The translations under genes were made by a program, and so were the position numbers. A DNA stretch of 64,000 bases from Actinomycetes bacterium (GTDB lineage: Bacteria; Actinomycetota; Thermoleophilia; BMS3ABIN01): NCBI GenBank assembly GCA_021791195.1, contig JAJYXB010000013.1, positions 3,697 through 67,696 of the forward strand, read 5' to 3'. Shown here piece by piece: positions 19,388-27,937 of the stretch (positions within the stretch are counted from its first letter, which is position 1; the number at the start of each line of letters is the position of its first letter). The notes under the pieces were generated by a model. The model was not told the DNA's origin and did not search any database. It was given only the letters and a program-made list of their open reading frames with translations.

Positions 19388-20176
19388 CTAGACCTGGTCA
19401 TGCAACAGCCTCCCGAGCGATTCAGCGGGATCGCTGCTGCGCATGAGCGACTCGCCAACCAGCACCGCCGCAACCCCGGCGGCGGCCAGACGCTTGACGT
19501 CCGCGGCATCCCTGATGCCGCTTTCGCTGACCACGGGCATCCCACTGGGGACAAACTCTATCAGATTTATGGTCGTATCCAAATCAACACTGAAAGTTTT
19601 CAGATCGCGGTTGTTGATGCCGATGAGGGCTACGCCGGCGTCGAGCGCGATGTCAAGCTCGGCGCGGTTATGAACTTCCACCAGGCATTCCAGCCCCGCC
19701 AGCGACGCCACGCTGAAGAGCTCGTTCAGCTCACGAAGACCAAGGGCGGCCACGATCAGAAGGATGGCGTCCGCGCCGGCAGCGGCGGCCTCCCAGACCT
19801 GGTAGGGGTCGATGATGAAATCCTTCCTCAAAACGGGCAGGCCGCAAGCTGCCCGCACCGCCACCAGGTCGGCAAGGCTGCCCTTGAAATGACGCTCCTC
19901 GGTAAGGACCGAGACCGCAGCGGCGCCGGCGCCCTCATAGGCGGCCGCCGTGGCGGCCACATCCACATCGGGATGGATGTCGCCCCGTGAAGGCGAGGCG
20001 CGTTTGATCTCGGCGATGACCGAGGTGCCAGGTTCGCGGACCGCGCCGATCAGCGAACGGCCATGCCGCGGTGCCGGGCGGACGCTGTCGCGCAGCGCAT
20101 CGAGGGGCCGTTCCAGTTTTCTCTTCGAGAGATCCTGCCTGGTAGTATTCAAAATCCTGCTTAGGAATTCGGGCAA
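19388..20176 (-). CDS. trpC: Indole-3-glycerol phosphate synthase
   Basis: IAEIKRASPS, SVLTE..HFKGS, LRKDFI, GINNRDL and SESGI. Confidence 0.97.
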   Translation of the reverse strand: MPEFLSRILNTTRQDLSKRKLERPLDALRDSVRPAPRHGRSLIGAVREPGTSVIAEIKRASPSRGDIHPDVDVAATAAAYEGAGAAAVSVLTEERHFKGSLADLVAVRAACGLPVLRKDFIIDPYQVWEAAAAGADAILLIVAALGLRELNELFSVASLAGLECLVEVHNRAELDIALDAGVALIGINNRDLKTFSVDLDTTINLIEFVPSGMPVVSESGIRDAADVKRLAAAGVAAVLVGESLMRSSDPAESLGRLLHDQV

Positions 20177-20185
20177 GAAACTTCC

Positions 20186-21223
20186 TTAGGGGGATGAGCT
20201 GGTGCGTGAGGCCTGGATGTAAGTATCGAGCTTGTTGCGGGCAGAGCCATTGTCAATACTATCGGCCGCCAACCGGACTCCTTCACTGATATTTTCAGCG
20301 GCCCCGGCGGCGTAAAGCGCCGCGCCCGCATTCAGCAGTACGATATCGCGCCGGACACCGGTCTCCCCGTCGAGGATGCTGGTCAGGATGCGGGCATTGT
20401 CTTCAGCGCTGCCGCCCCGGAGCATATCGCTCCCGGTGGCGGGCTCGAGTCCGAAATCGCGGGGCTCGATCGTGAATTTTTTGACGCCCGCGGGGCTGAC
20501 CTCGGCAACATCGGTAGGCCCGGTGATGGTGATCTCGTCCAGGCCGTCGCTGCCGTGCACCACCAGTCCGTGACTGCAGCCCAGGCGCATGAGCGCCTCG
20601 GCGATCACATCGACGTAGCGGACGTCGGAGACTCCGATCAGTTGAAAAGCGGCGCCTGCCGGATTGGTCAGCGGCCCGAGAAAGTTGAAGATGGTGCGCA
20701 CTCCCAGTTCGCGGCGTACCGGTATCACATGCTTCATCGCCTGATGGTGCAGTGGCGCGTACATGAAGCCGATGCCGGTCTCGCCGATCAGCCGGCCGAC
20801 GTCAGCGGGCGATATCTCCAGATCGGCCCCCAGCGCTTCCAGCACGTCGGCGCTGCCGCACTGGCTGGTGGCGCTGCGGTTGCCGTGCTTGGCCACGCTG
20901 GCATCGGCGCCGGCCACCACGAACGCGGCGGTGGTGGAGATGTTGAAGGTGTGCGACTTGTCGCCGCCGGTGCCGCAGGTGTCGATCACATCCTGGCTGC
21001 CGGCGTCGACCTTGAGCGAGAAGCGCCGCATCGTTTTAGCCAGGCCGACGATCTCCTGCACCTTCTCCCCCTTGGTGCGCAGGGCAACGAGAAAGCCGGC
21101 CGTCTGCACCTCGCTGGAGTTGCCGGACATGATCTGCTCCAGCACCGACGCGGCCTCGGCCTCGGTAAGGTCGATGCCCTCCGCGAGGCGGTCGATGGCG
21201 TATGTCAGAATCTCGTTTGGCAT
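20186..21223 (-). CDS. trpD: Anthranilate phosphoribosyltransferase
   Basis: DTCGTGGD, FNIST, KHGNR, GSADVLE, RTIFNFLGPL and DGLDE. Confidence 0.97.
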   Translation of the reverse strand: MPNEILTYAIDRLAEGIDLTEAEAASVLEQIMSGNSSEVQTAGFLVALRTKGEKVQEIVGLAKTMRRFSLKVDAGSQDVIDTCGTGGDKSHTFNISTTAAFVVAGADASVAKHGNRSATSQCGSADVLEALGADLEISPADVGRLIGETGIGFMYAPLHHQAMKHVIPVRRELGVRTIFNFLGPLTNPAGAAFQLIGVSDVRYVDVIAEALMRLGCSHGLVVHGSDGLDEITITGPTDVAEVSPAGVKKFTIEPRDFGLEPATGSDMLRGGSAEDNARILTSILDGETGVRRDIVLLNAGAALYAAGAAENISEGVRLAADSIDNGSARNKLDTYIQASRTSSSP

Positions 21224-21241
21224 GGCGTCTTTCTGCAGCTG

Positions 21242-21877
21242 CTAGCCTTCCTCTCCGATCTGCATATCGAGGAAATTCCTGAGGATCTCCCGGCCGGGCG
21301 CGGTCAGAATGCTCTCCGGATGAAACTGCACACCTTCCAGCGCCGCCAGCCGCCGGTGGCGGCAGCCCATGACGACATTATCTTCGGTCCAGGCGGTCAC
21401 TTCCAGTTCATCGGGAACCGGGGTGGCCAGCACCAGCGAGTGGTACCGCGTCGCCGTGAACGGGCTCTCGATGCCGGCGAATATCGTCTTGCCATCATGA
21501 AAGATCCCTGATGTCTTGCCGTGCACCGGCGCCTCGCCCCGGACGATGCTACCGCCGAAGACCTGGCCGATGGACTGGTGCCCCAGGCAGACGCCCAGCA
21601 GCGGGATCCGCCCGCCGAACTCCCGCACTACCGCCATCGAGACGCCGGCCTCGTTGGGCGTACACGGTCCCGGCGAGATAACGATGTGATCCGGAGCGCG
21701 TCCGGCGACGCCGGCCACGTCGATGCGATCGTTGCGAAACACCTCTACCTGGGCGCCGATCTCGCCCAGGAACTGCACCAGGTTATACGTAAAAGAATCG
21801 TAGTTGTCAATCACCAGGACGCGGCTCGCCCGCGCATTCCCCGGCTCCGGTTTCCTGGCAGCCGCCGTCATTCCCAC
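21242..21877 (-). CDS. trpG: Anthranilate synthase component II (glutamine amidotransferase)
   Basis: IDNYDSFTYN, SPGP, GVCLGHQ, RYHSL and QFHPES. Confidence 0.95.
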   Translation of the reverse strand: MGMTAAARKPEPGNARASRVLVIDNYDSFTYNLVQFLGEIGAQVEVFRNDRIDVAGVAGRAPDHIVISPGPCTPNEAGVSMAVVREFGGRIPLLGVCLGHQSIGQVFGGSIVRGEAPVHGKTSGIFHDGKTIFAGIESPFTATRYHSLVLATPVPDELEVTAWTEDNVVMGCRHRRLAALEGVQFHPESILTAPGREILRNFLDMQIGEEG

Positions 21878-23385
21878 TCCACCTGTTCCTGCGCCAGTTC
21901 GATGGCGGCAAACAGCGCCCGCGCCTTGTTGGCGGATTCCTCATATTCACGGGCCGGCACGGAATCAGCGACGACGCCGCCGCCAGCCTGCACGTAAGCG
22001 TTGCCGTCCTTGAGGACGATAGTGCGGATGCAGATGCAGGTGTCGAGCTCGCCGTTGAAGCTGAGATAACCGATAGCGCCGGCATACGAGCCGCGTTTGA
22101 CCGGCTCCAGCTCGTCGATGATCTGCATGGCGCGGATCTTGGGAGCACCGGAAACGGTGCCGGCGGGAAAGGCCGATTTCAGCGCGTCGGTGGCCTTAAG
22201 CCCCTCCTTCAGCCTGCCCACCACCACCGAGACGATATGCATCACATGCGAGTAATACTCGATCCGCATCAGGTCGACCACCTCGACCGTGCCGGGCTCG
22301 CACACGCGGCCCAGATCGTTGCGGCCCAGGTCCACCAGCATGATGTGCTCCGCCAGCTCCTTCTCGTCCGCCAGCAGGTCGTCGGCCAGGCGGCGGTCCT
22401 CCTCCGGCGTGGCTCCCCGCGGGCGCGTGCCGGCGATCGGCCGCGTCTCCACCCAGCCGCGGTTGACCTTGATCAGCGGCTCGGGCGAAGAGCCGACCAG
22501 AGCGAAATCAGTGAAATTTATGTAATACATGTATGGCGACGGATTAACCGTGCGCAGGCCGCGGTAGATACCGAACGGCGACACCTGCGTCTCGACCCGG
22601 AAGCGCTGCGACGGCACCACCTGGAAGGCGTCGCCCGCCTTGATGTATTCCCTGATCTTCTCCACCGCCGCCTCGAAACCGGCGCGCTCGAAATTGGAAT
22701 CGGGCTCGGCCACGGCGCCGCGCCGGTGGCTGGCAGCCGGCTTGAGCGGCTGCGACAGCAACCGTTTCAGCTCGCGCACGCGGCCGCAGGCGGCATCGTA
22801 GGCCTGCTCCAGGCCGGCGCCATCCTCCACCAGCACGTTGGCCAGCAGCAGGATGGTGTGCTTCAGGTGGTCGAAGATGACGATCGAGTCGGTGACGAGG
22901 AAGGCCATGTCCGGCAGCCCGAGCGTGTCCGGGTTCGGCGGCGGCAGCTCCTCGACCCAGCGCACCAGATCGTAGCCGAACAGGCCGACGGCGCCGCCGA
23001 TAAAGGGCGGCAACTGTTCCAGCTCGGGCGCGCGGTAGCGCGAGAGATATTCCCCGACGAAGCCGAACGGATCGTCGCTGGCCACCTCGGTGAGCGCGTC
23101 GCGCTCCTTCACCGTCATCTCGCCGCCGCTGAAACTGATGACCGCCCGTGGATCGCAGCCAAGAAAGGAATAGCGGCCGATGCGTTCGCCCTGCTCCGCG
23201 CTTTCCAGCAGGAAGGAGTTCTCCCTTGCGCCCAGCTTCAGGAACGCGGACACCGGCGTCTCCAAATCGGAGATGAAACTGTGGTACACGGGGATAAGGT
23301 TGTACTGCTTGCCCAGCGCCCGCACTTCTTCCAGCGAAGGGTGGATATCCAGCCCGGGCCCGGCGGCGGTCCCGGTTACTTCCAT
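21868..23385 (-). CDS. trpE: Anthranilate synthase component I
   Basis: [29 protein letters not shown] and [11 protein letters not shown]. Confidence 0.96.
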   Translation of the reverse strand: MEVTGTAAGPGLDIHPSLEEVRALGKQYNLIPVYHSFISDLETPVSAFLKLGARENSFLLESAEQGERIGRYSFLGCDPRAVISFSGGEMTVKERDALTEVASDDPFGFVGEYLSRYRAPELEQLPPFIGGAVGLFGYDLVRWVEELPPPNPDTLGLPDMAFLVTDSIVIFDHLKHTILLLANVLVEDGAGLEQAYDAACGRVRELKRLLSQPLKPAASHRRGAVAEPDSNFERAGFEAAVEKIREYIKAGDAFQVVPSQRFRVETQVSPFGIYRGLRTVNPSPYMYYINFTDFALVGSSPEPLIKVNRGWVETRPIAGTRPRGATPEEDRRLADDLLADEKELAEHIMLVDLGRNDLGRVCEPGTVEVVDLMRIEYYSHVMHIVSVVVGRLKEGLKATDALKSAFPAGTVSGAPKIRAMQIIDELEPVKRGSYAGAIGYLSFNGELDTCICIRTIVLKDGNAYVQAGGGVVADSVPAREYEESANKARALFAAIELAQEQVEWE

Positions 23386-24005
23386 CGGCCCAGCAACTCC
23401 TGCTCCACCTCGGTGAGAGAAACTCCCTGCCGCGCCAGCAGCACGCCGACGTGGTAAAAGAGATCGGCGGCTTCGTAAATGACCTCATCGCGGTCGCCGC
23501 CCTTGGCCGCGACGATCAGCTCCGCGGACTCCTCGCCGACTTTCTTCAGGATGGCGTCGGTGCCCTTCTCGAACAAGCTGGTAGTGTAGGAGCCCGGCGG
23601 CATCAGGCGCCGGCGCTCGTCGATCAGATCGTAGAGGCGGGCCAGCGTCTCGTAGACAGCAGGCGTCAGCGGCTCGCCGCCGAAGGAACGGTGGAAACAG
23701 GTGTGCTCGCCGGTATGGCAGGCGGGGCCGCGCTGCTCGGCCAGGATCAGCAGCGTATCGATGTCGCAGTCATAGCGGAGCGACCTGACGAACTGGAAGT
23801 GGCCGCTGGTCTCGCCCTTGTTCCACAGCTTCTGGCGCGAGCGGCTCCAGAACCAGGTGCGGCCGGTCTGAATCGTCTTCTGGAGGGATTCCTGATTCAT
23901 GTAGGCCAGCATCAGCACCTCGCCCGTGAACCAGTCCTGCACGATCGCCGGAATCAACCCGCGGTCGTCAAAAGTGAGATCGGTTATGGAGATGGGATCG
24001 GACAC
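23376..24005 (-). CDS. hisIE: Bifunctional phosphoribosyl-AMP cyclohydrolase / phosphoribosyl-ATP pyrophosphatase
   Basis: [20 protein letters not shown], then KKVGEE and EAADL.YH. Confidence 0.96.
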   Translation of the reverse strand: MSDPISITDLTFDDRGLIPAIVQDWFTGEVLMLAYMNQESLQKTIQTGRTWFWSRSRQKLWNKGETSGHFQFVRSLRYDCDIDTLLILAEQRGPACHTGEHTCFHRSFGGEPLTPAVYETLARLYDLIDERRRLMPPGSYTTSLFEKGTDAILKKVGEESAELIVAAKGGDRDEVIYEAADLFYHVGVLLARQGVSLTEVEQELLGRWK

Positions 24006-24057
24006 GGGTTGATTCTACTAAACCCCGTGTTTTTATGGTAGCTGGAGCGGCCCCGCC

Positions 24058-24348
24058 TCAATCATTCGCAGCCGAAGGAACCTTCACGTAGCCGTCCCTG
24101 ATCGCCTGCGTCCGGCAGTGCGGACATATCACCACGGCGCTTCCTCCATCCGCGCTACGGAACAGATCGGTCCTTTCCCCGGTGAGGATGGTCCGGCCGC
24201 AACGGGCGCAGATATCCTGATAGAGCCGGGGTTTGATCTCGCGACGCTTCCCGGACAGAAGCGGCTTCTGATTGAAAGGATCGTTGTCGGCGTCGTAGTT
24301 GGAGATGTTCTTTTTAAAAAGCGTTCCCAGTCCGATCATGGCGCACAC
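24058..24348 (-). CDS. Small hypothetical protein with CxxC...CxxC (putative zinc ribbon)
   Basis: CARC and CPHC pairs; fills the gap between deoC and hisIE. Confidence 0.65.
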   Translation of the reverse strand: MCAMIGLGTLFKKNISNYDADNDPFNQKPLLSGKRREIKPRLYQDICARCGRTILTGERTDLFRSADGGSAVVICPHCRTQAIRDGYVKVPSAAND

Positions 24349-24429
24349 CCCGCTTTACATCGGCTAACAAGTCCGCATTTCTTGTTCCCGGAAGCATAGA
24401 AATTTAACGTGACCAGGGAAACGGCTCAG

Positions 24430-24457
24430 AAAAAAGGACGCGCCGTGCGCGTCCCTT
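24430..24457 (-). terminator. Intrinsic terminator after deoC
   Basis: Minus strand GGACGCGC-ACG-GCGCGTCC followed by TTTTTT. Confidence 0.85.
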
Positions 24458-24492
24458 CAAAACATTTTCCGGCCGCGGCGGGCCGGGCGCGG

Positions 24493-25194
24493 CTACTCCT
24501 TGTGCTCAGAAAATTCATTCATGATGTCAACCGCGTGGCTGGTGCCCAGCCGGGCGGCGCCGGCGTTGATCATCGTCTCGGCGTCCTCGGAGGTGAGGAT
24601 GCCCCCTGAGGCCTTCACGCCCAGGTTCTCGGAAAGCTCGTCGCGCAGCAGCTCGACATCAGCCACCGTGGCGCCCTGCGGCCCGTATCCGGTTGACGTC
24701 TTGACGAAATCGGCGCCGCCTTCCTCGATCATGCGGCAGGCCAGCTTCTTCAGCTTCTTGTCCAGATAGGCCGTCTCCATGATCACCTTGACAAGCACCA
24801 GGCCCTTGCCGACGTTGACGCTCTTCATCCGCACGGCGCGCACCACCGAGGTGATCTCGTCGCGCACCAGCCGGAAGTTGCCGGAGAGCATGGCGCCGAT
24901 ATTGATGACGAACTCCACCTCGTCGGCGCCGGAGCCTACCGCGTTCTCCGCCGCCCGCACCTTGGTGATGGTGGTGTCGCCGCCAAAGGGGAAGGAAACC
25001 ACCGTGCACACCTTGACGTCGTGGCTCTTAAGCAGCGTCGCCGCCAGCGGCACATAGCACGGGAAAACTACCACGGCCGCAAAATGGAATTTGCGCGCCT
25101 GTTCGCACAGGCGTTCGATGTCGGTGCGCGTCGCATCCGCCTTCAGCAGCGTATGATCTATGGTCTTTGCCAGTTCCTCGACTCTCAAGGCCAT
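24493..25194 (-). CDS. deoC: Deoxyribose-phosphate aldolase
   Basis: IDHTLLK, FPFG, KVIMET, ADFVKTSTG, VKASGGI and RLGTS. Confidence 0.95.
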   Translation of the reverse strand: MALRVEELAKTIDHTLLKADATRTDIERLCEQARKFHFAAVVVFPCYVPLAATLLKSHDVKVCTVVSFPFGGDTTITKVRAAENAVGSGADEVEFVINIGAMLSGNFRLVRDEITSVVRAVRMKSVNVGKGLVLVKVIMETAYLDKKLKKLACRMIEEGGADFVKTSTGYGPQGATVADVELLRDELSENLGVKASGGILTSEDAETMINAGAARLGTSHAVDIMNEFSEHKE

Positions 25195-25238
25195 CCGTAA
25201 AGCCTCCGGTATTCAGGTTTTGATTTCATGGGTGGAAC

Positions 25239-25247
25239 ATTATATCA
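25239..25247 (-). promoter_or_regulatory. Extended -10 promoter element upstream of deoC
   Basis: Minus strand TGaTATAAT about 45 nt before the deoC ATG, which has a GGAGG SD. Confidence 0.65.
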
Positions 25248-25295
25248 CAGGGCCCACCGGCGCCACCGCGCGACGCGGCCACATCGCCGCCGCGG

Positions 25296-26216
25296 TCACA
25301 ACCCCAGCTCGTCGAGCATACGCTCGTCGTCCCGCCACCTGCGTTTCACCTTCACCTTCAGGTCCAGGAATACGTGACAGCCGAGCAGGGCCTCGATCTC
25401 GCCGCGGGCGCGCTCGCCGATCTCCCTGATCATCTTCCCGCCCTTGCCGATAATGATTCCCTTCTGCGAGTCATGCTCAACCAGGATGACCGCCTCCACA
25501 TCGAACAGGCCGCCCCGCCGGCGCGGCTCCAGGCTCCGCACCTCGACCGCGAGCGCATGCGGCACCTCTTCGCGCGTCAGCCTGACGGCCTGTTCGCGGA
25601 TGAGCTCCGCCACCAGCCGCTGCTCCGGTTGATCGGTAATGACATCCTCGGGAAAAAACATCGGTCCCGGCGCCATGCGGTCCACCAGCGCCTGCTTCAG
25701 CTCCACAAGATTGTCCCCCCGGCTGGCGGAGATGGGAAACAGCTCCGCGCTCGCTCCCAGGGCGGCGGCGGCCTCCAGCTGCGGCAGCACCCGGCTGCCG
25801 GCGGCATCGATCTTGTTGAGCGCCGTGATCACGGGAGTGCCGGCGGCGAATGCGGCGCCGGCCACGAAGCTGTCCCCCGCGCCGATCTTTTCCGCCGCAT
25901 TCAGCACCAGGAGGATGAGATCGACCTCCGCCAGCGTCATGTTGACCGTAGCCTGCATCCGCTCAGTCATGCGGTCGCGCGGTTTCTGAAAGCCGGGCAG
26001 GTCCATCAGCACCAGCTGGAAACCGTCGCCGTTGACCACGCCGGCGATGCGGTTGCGTGTCGTCTGCGGCGTGCCGGAGACAATGGCGACCTTCTGCCCC
26101 ACCAGGGCGTTGACCAGCGTCGACTTGCCCACATTCGGCCTGCCGACCACCGCCACAAAGCCTGAGCGGAAGCCGGCAGCGGGAATCATGGCGCCGGTGG
26201 CCGGCGGCTGGCTCAA
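25296..26216 (-). CDS. era: GTPase Era
   Basis: GRPNVGKST, QTTR, DLPG, NKID, ISA and KH domain (IIIGKGG). Confidence 0.97.
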   Translation of the reverse strand: MSQPPATGAMIPAAGFRSGFVAVVGRPNVGKSTLVNALVGQKVAIVSGTPQTTRNRIAGVVNGDGFQLVLMDLPGFQKPRDRMTERMQATVNMTLAEVDLILLVLNAAEKIGAGDSFVAGAAFAAGTPVITALNKIDAAGSRVLPQLEAAAALGASAELFPISASRGDNLVELKQALVDRMAPGPMFFPEDVITDQPEQRLVAELIREQAVRLTREEVPHALAVEVRSLEPRRRGGLFDVEAVILVEHDSQKGIIIGKGGKMIREIGERARGEIEALLGCHVFLDLKVKVKRRWRDDERMLDELGL

Positions 26217-26761
26217 GCCGGGCCGTCCTTCAGCGCGGCGGCCAGCAGCAGCCGGTCGGCGCCCAGGCCATAGAAGTGCGGCATTTCGTCAACCACCCGA
26301 AAACCCCGGGCGCGGTAGAGCGCCAGCGCCGCGGCGTTGCCGGGATCGACTGTGACCAGGAGCCGCCGGAAACTTCCCTGACCGGCCAGCTGGCCGAGGA
26401 CGCCCTGCAGCAGCGCGCCGCCAAGACCGCGGCCGCGAAAACGCTCACGGACGTAGAGGCCGTCCATGTAAAGATCACCCTCCCGGCGGCAGCGGATCAC
26501 CTGCGCCGAGGCGACGGTCTCCCCTGCCAGCCTCCCCACAAACAGAAACCCGAAGGCGGCCACCACCGGCAGCTGCCAGCGATCCAGCGCCGCCTCGCCC
26601 AGCGACTCCCTGCCGTAACGCTCCAGTTCCTCCAGCTCCGCAGGCTCCAGCCGTTCAAGCAGGCTCACTGCCAGACTGCCTGGCTGCGCCGCGTCGATGG
26701 CGGCGCGCCCGAATAAGCGATGTGAGATCCGCATAACTCGCGCCCTGAAAGTCAATACCAC
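26213..26761 (-). CDS. GNAT family N-acetyltransferase (RimI-like)
   Basis: V...FRGRGLG and V...N.AA..LY...GF. Start uncertain. Confidence 0.85.
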   Translation of the reverse strand: MVLTFRARVMRISHRLFGRAAIDAAQPGSLAVSLLERLEPAELEELERYGRESLGEAALDRWQLPVVAAFGFLFVGRLAGETVASAQVIRCRREGDLYMDGLYVRERFRGRGLGGALLQGVLGQLAGQGSFRRLLVTVDPGNAAALALYRARGFRVVDEMPHFYGLGADRLLLAAALKDGPA

Positions 26762-27468
26762 AACTGGAACAGGAATGTCGTCACCAGTATCCCCAGAACA
26801 GCCCCGGCGAAAGCTTCCGCCACCGTATGGATGCCCGACTCCACGCGGCTCTGCGCCACCAGAAAAGCCATCAAGAACGCGAGCATCGAGAGCAGCAGGC
26901 CGTGTTCCAGCTCCAGAGAGGCGGAAACGTAGGTTATGGCGGTCCAGCAGGCAAAGGCGGCGGCGCTGTGGCCCGACGGCATGCCGCCGGAGAACGGCGT
27001 GCCGCGGCGCAGAACCGCCTTGCCCAGCACTGTCAGGAGGATGACCAGCACCAGCGCGATCACCGTCAGATGCGCCGGCGACTGCCGCACGTGGTTGAAC
27101 AGTTTCTCTGACGGCTGTTCCAATTTGTCAAAAAATATCAGGTAGGCGACCACCAGCGCGTTCAGCGCCGAGATCAGCACGGCGCCGGCGGCGACATCCT
27201 TGGCGATCTTCGCCGCCGGATCGAAGGAGGTGCCGAAGGTGTCGATTGCCGCCTCAACCGCGGTATTTATCATCTCCGCCACCAGCACGAAGCTGATGGT
27301 CACCAGCAGCACCGCCAGCTCCAGCCGCGAAAGATTGAAGAAGAGGCTGGCGATGATGACGGAAAACGCCACCGCGAAATGGATCTTCATGTTGCGCTGC
27401 GTCCTGAGCGTGTGGACGATGCCCTCAAAGGCCCAGGTGAAGCTTTTCAGCGTGCTGCGTCTATACAT
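26752..27468 (-). CDS. dgkA: Diacylglycerol/undecaprenol kinase fused to a PAP2 phosphatase domain
   Basis: SF..A.EG, E.INTAVE, AKIAKDVAAGAV; C-terminal MPSGHS and SRV..GIH. Confidence 0.92.
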   Translation of the reverse strand: MYRRSTLKSFTWAFEGIVHTLRTQRNMKIHFAVAFSVIIASLFFNLSRLELAVLLVTISFVLVAEMINTAVEAAIDTFGTSFDPAAKIAKDVAAGAVLISALNALVVAYLIFFDKLEQPSEKLFNHVRQSPAHLTVIALVLVILLTVLGKAVLRRGTPFSGGMPSGHSAAAFACWTAITYVSASLELEHGLLLSMLAFLMAFLVAQSRVESGIHTVAEAFAGAVLGILVTTFLFQLWY

Positions 27469-27937
27469 CTGAAGGTTTCCTCCGCAAACAAAGGTCCCTC
27501 ACCAGTTCGGCCTGGCGCGCCTCCATCTCCCCCTGGTCAACCTCGTGGTCCAGCCCCGCCAGATGGAGCATGCCATGCACCAGCAGCAGGCACAATTCAT
27601 CGTCCAGGCCGTGGCCGGCGGCGCCTGCCTGACGCTCCGCCACCTGCGGGCAGATGATGATGTCTCCCAGAAGGAGTGGCACATCCGCTGCCGCGGCTGG
27701 CGCCGCATTGCCTCCCTTGCCGGCATCCAGGGGAAAGGTCAGGACATCAGTGGGGCCGGAGTGTCCCATGTGGCCGCGGTTGAGTTCTTCCATCTCTGCC
27801 GGCCCGACATAAGTCACGCCCAGCTCGCCGCTGGCAAAGCCCAGCCGCGCCAGCAGCGCTTCAGCCAGCCGTTTCTGCTGCTGAAGGTCGATCGGCGCGC
27901 CGGAGCGATCCTGCACCAGGACTTCGACGCCGCTCAT
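27461..27937 (-). CDS. ybeY: rRNA maturation endoribonuclease YbeY
   Basis: PTDVLTF, LGDI and HGMLHLAGLDH. Confidence 0.95.
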   Translation of the reverse strand: MSGVEVLVQDRSGAPIDLQQQKRLAEALLARLGFASGELGVTYVGPAEMEELNRGHMGHSGPTDVLTFPLDAGKGGNAAPAAAADVPLLLGDIIICPQVAERQAGAAGHGLDDELCLLLVHGMLHLAGLDHEVDQGEMEARQAELVRDLCLRRKPSDV

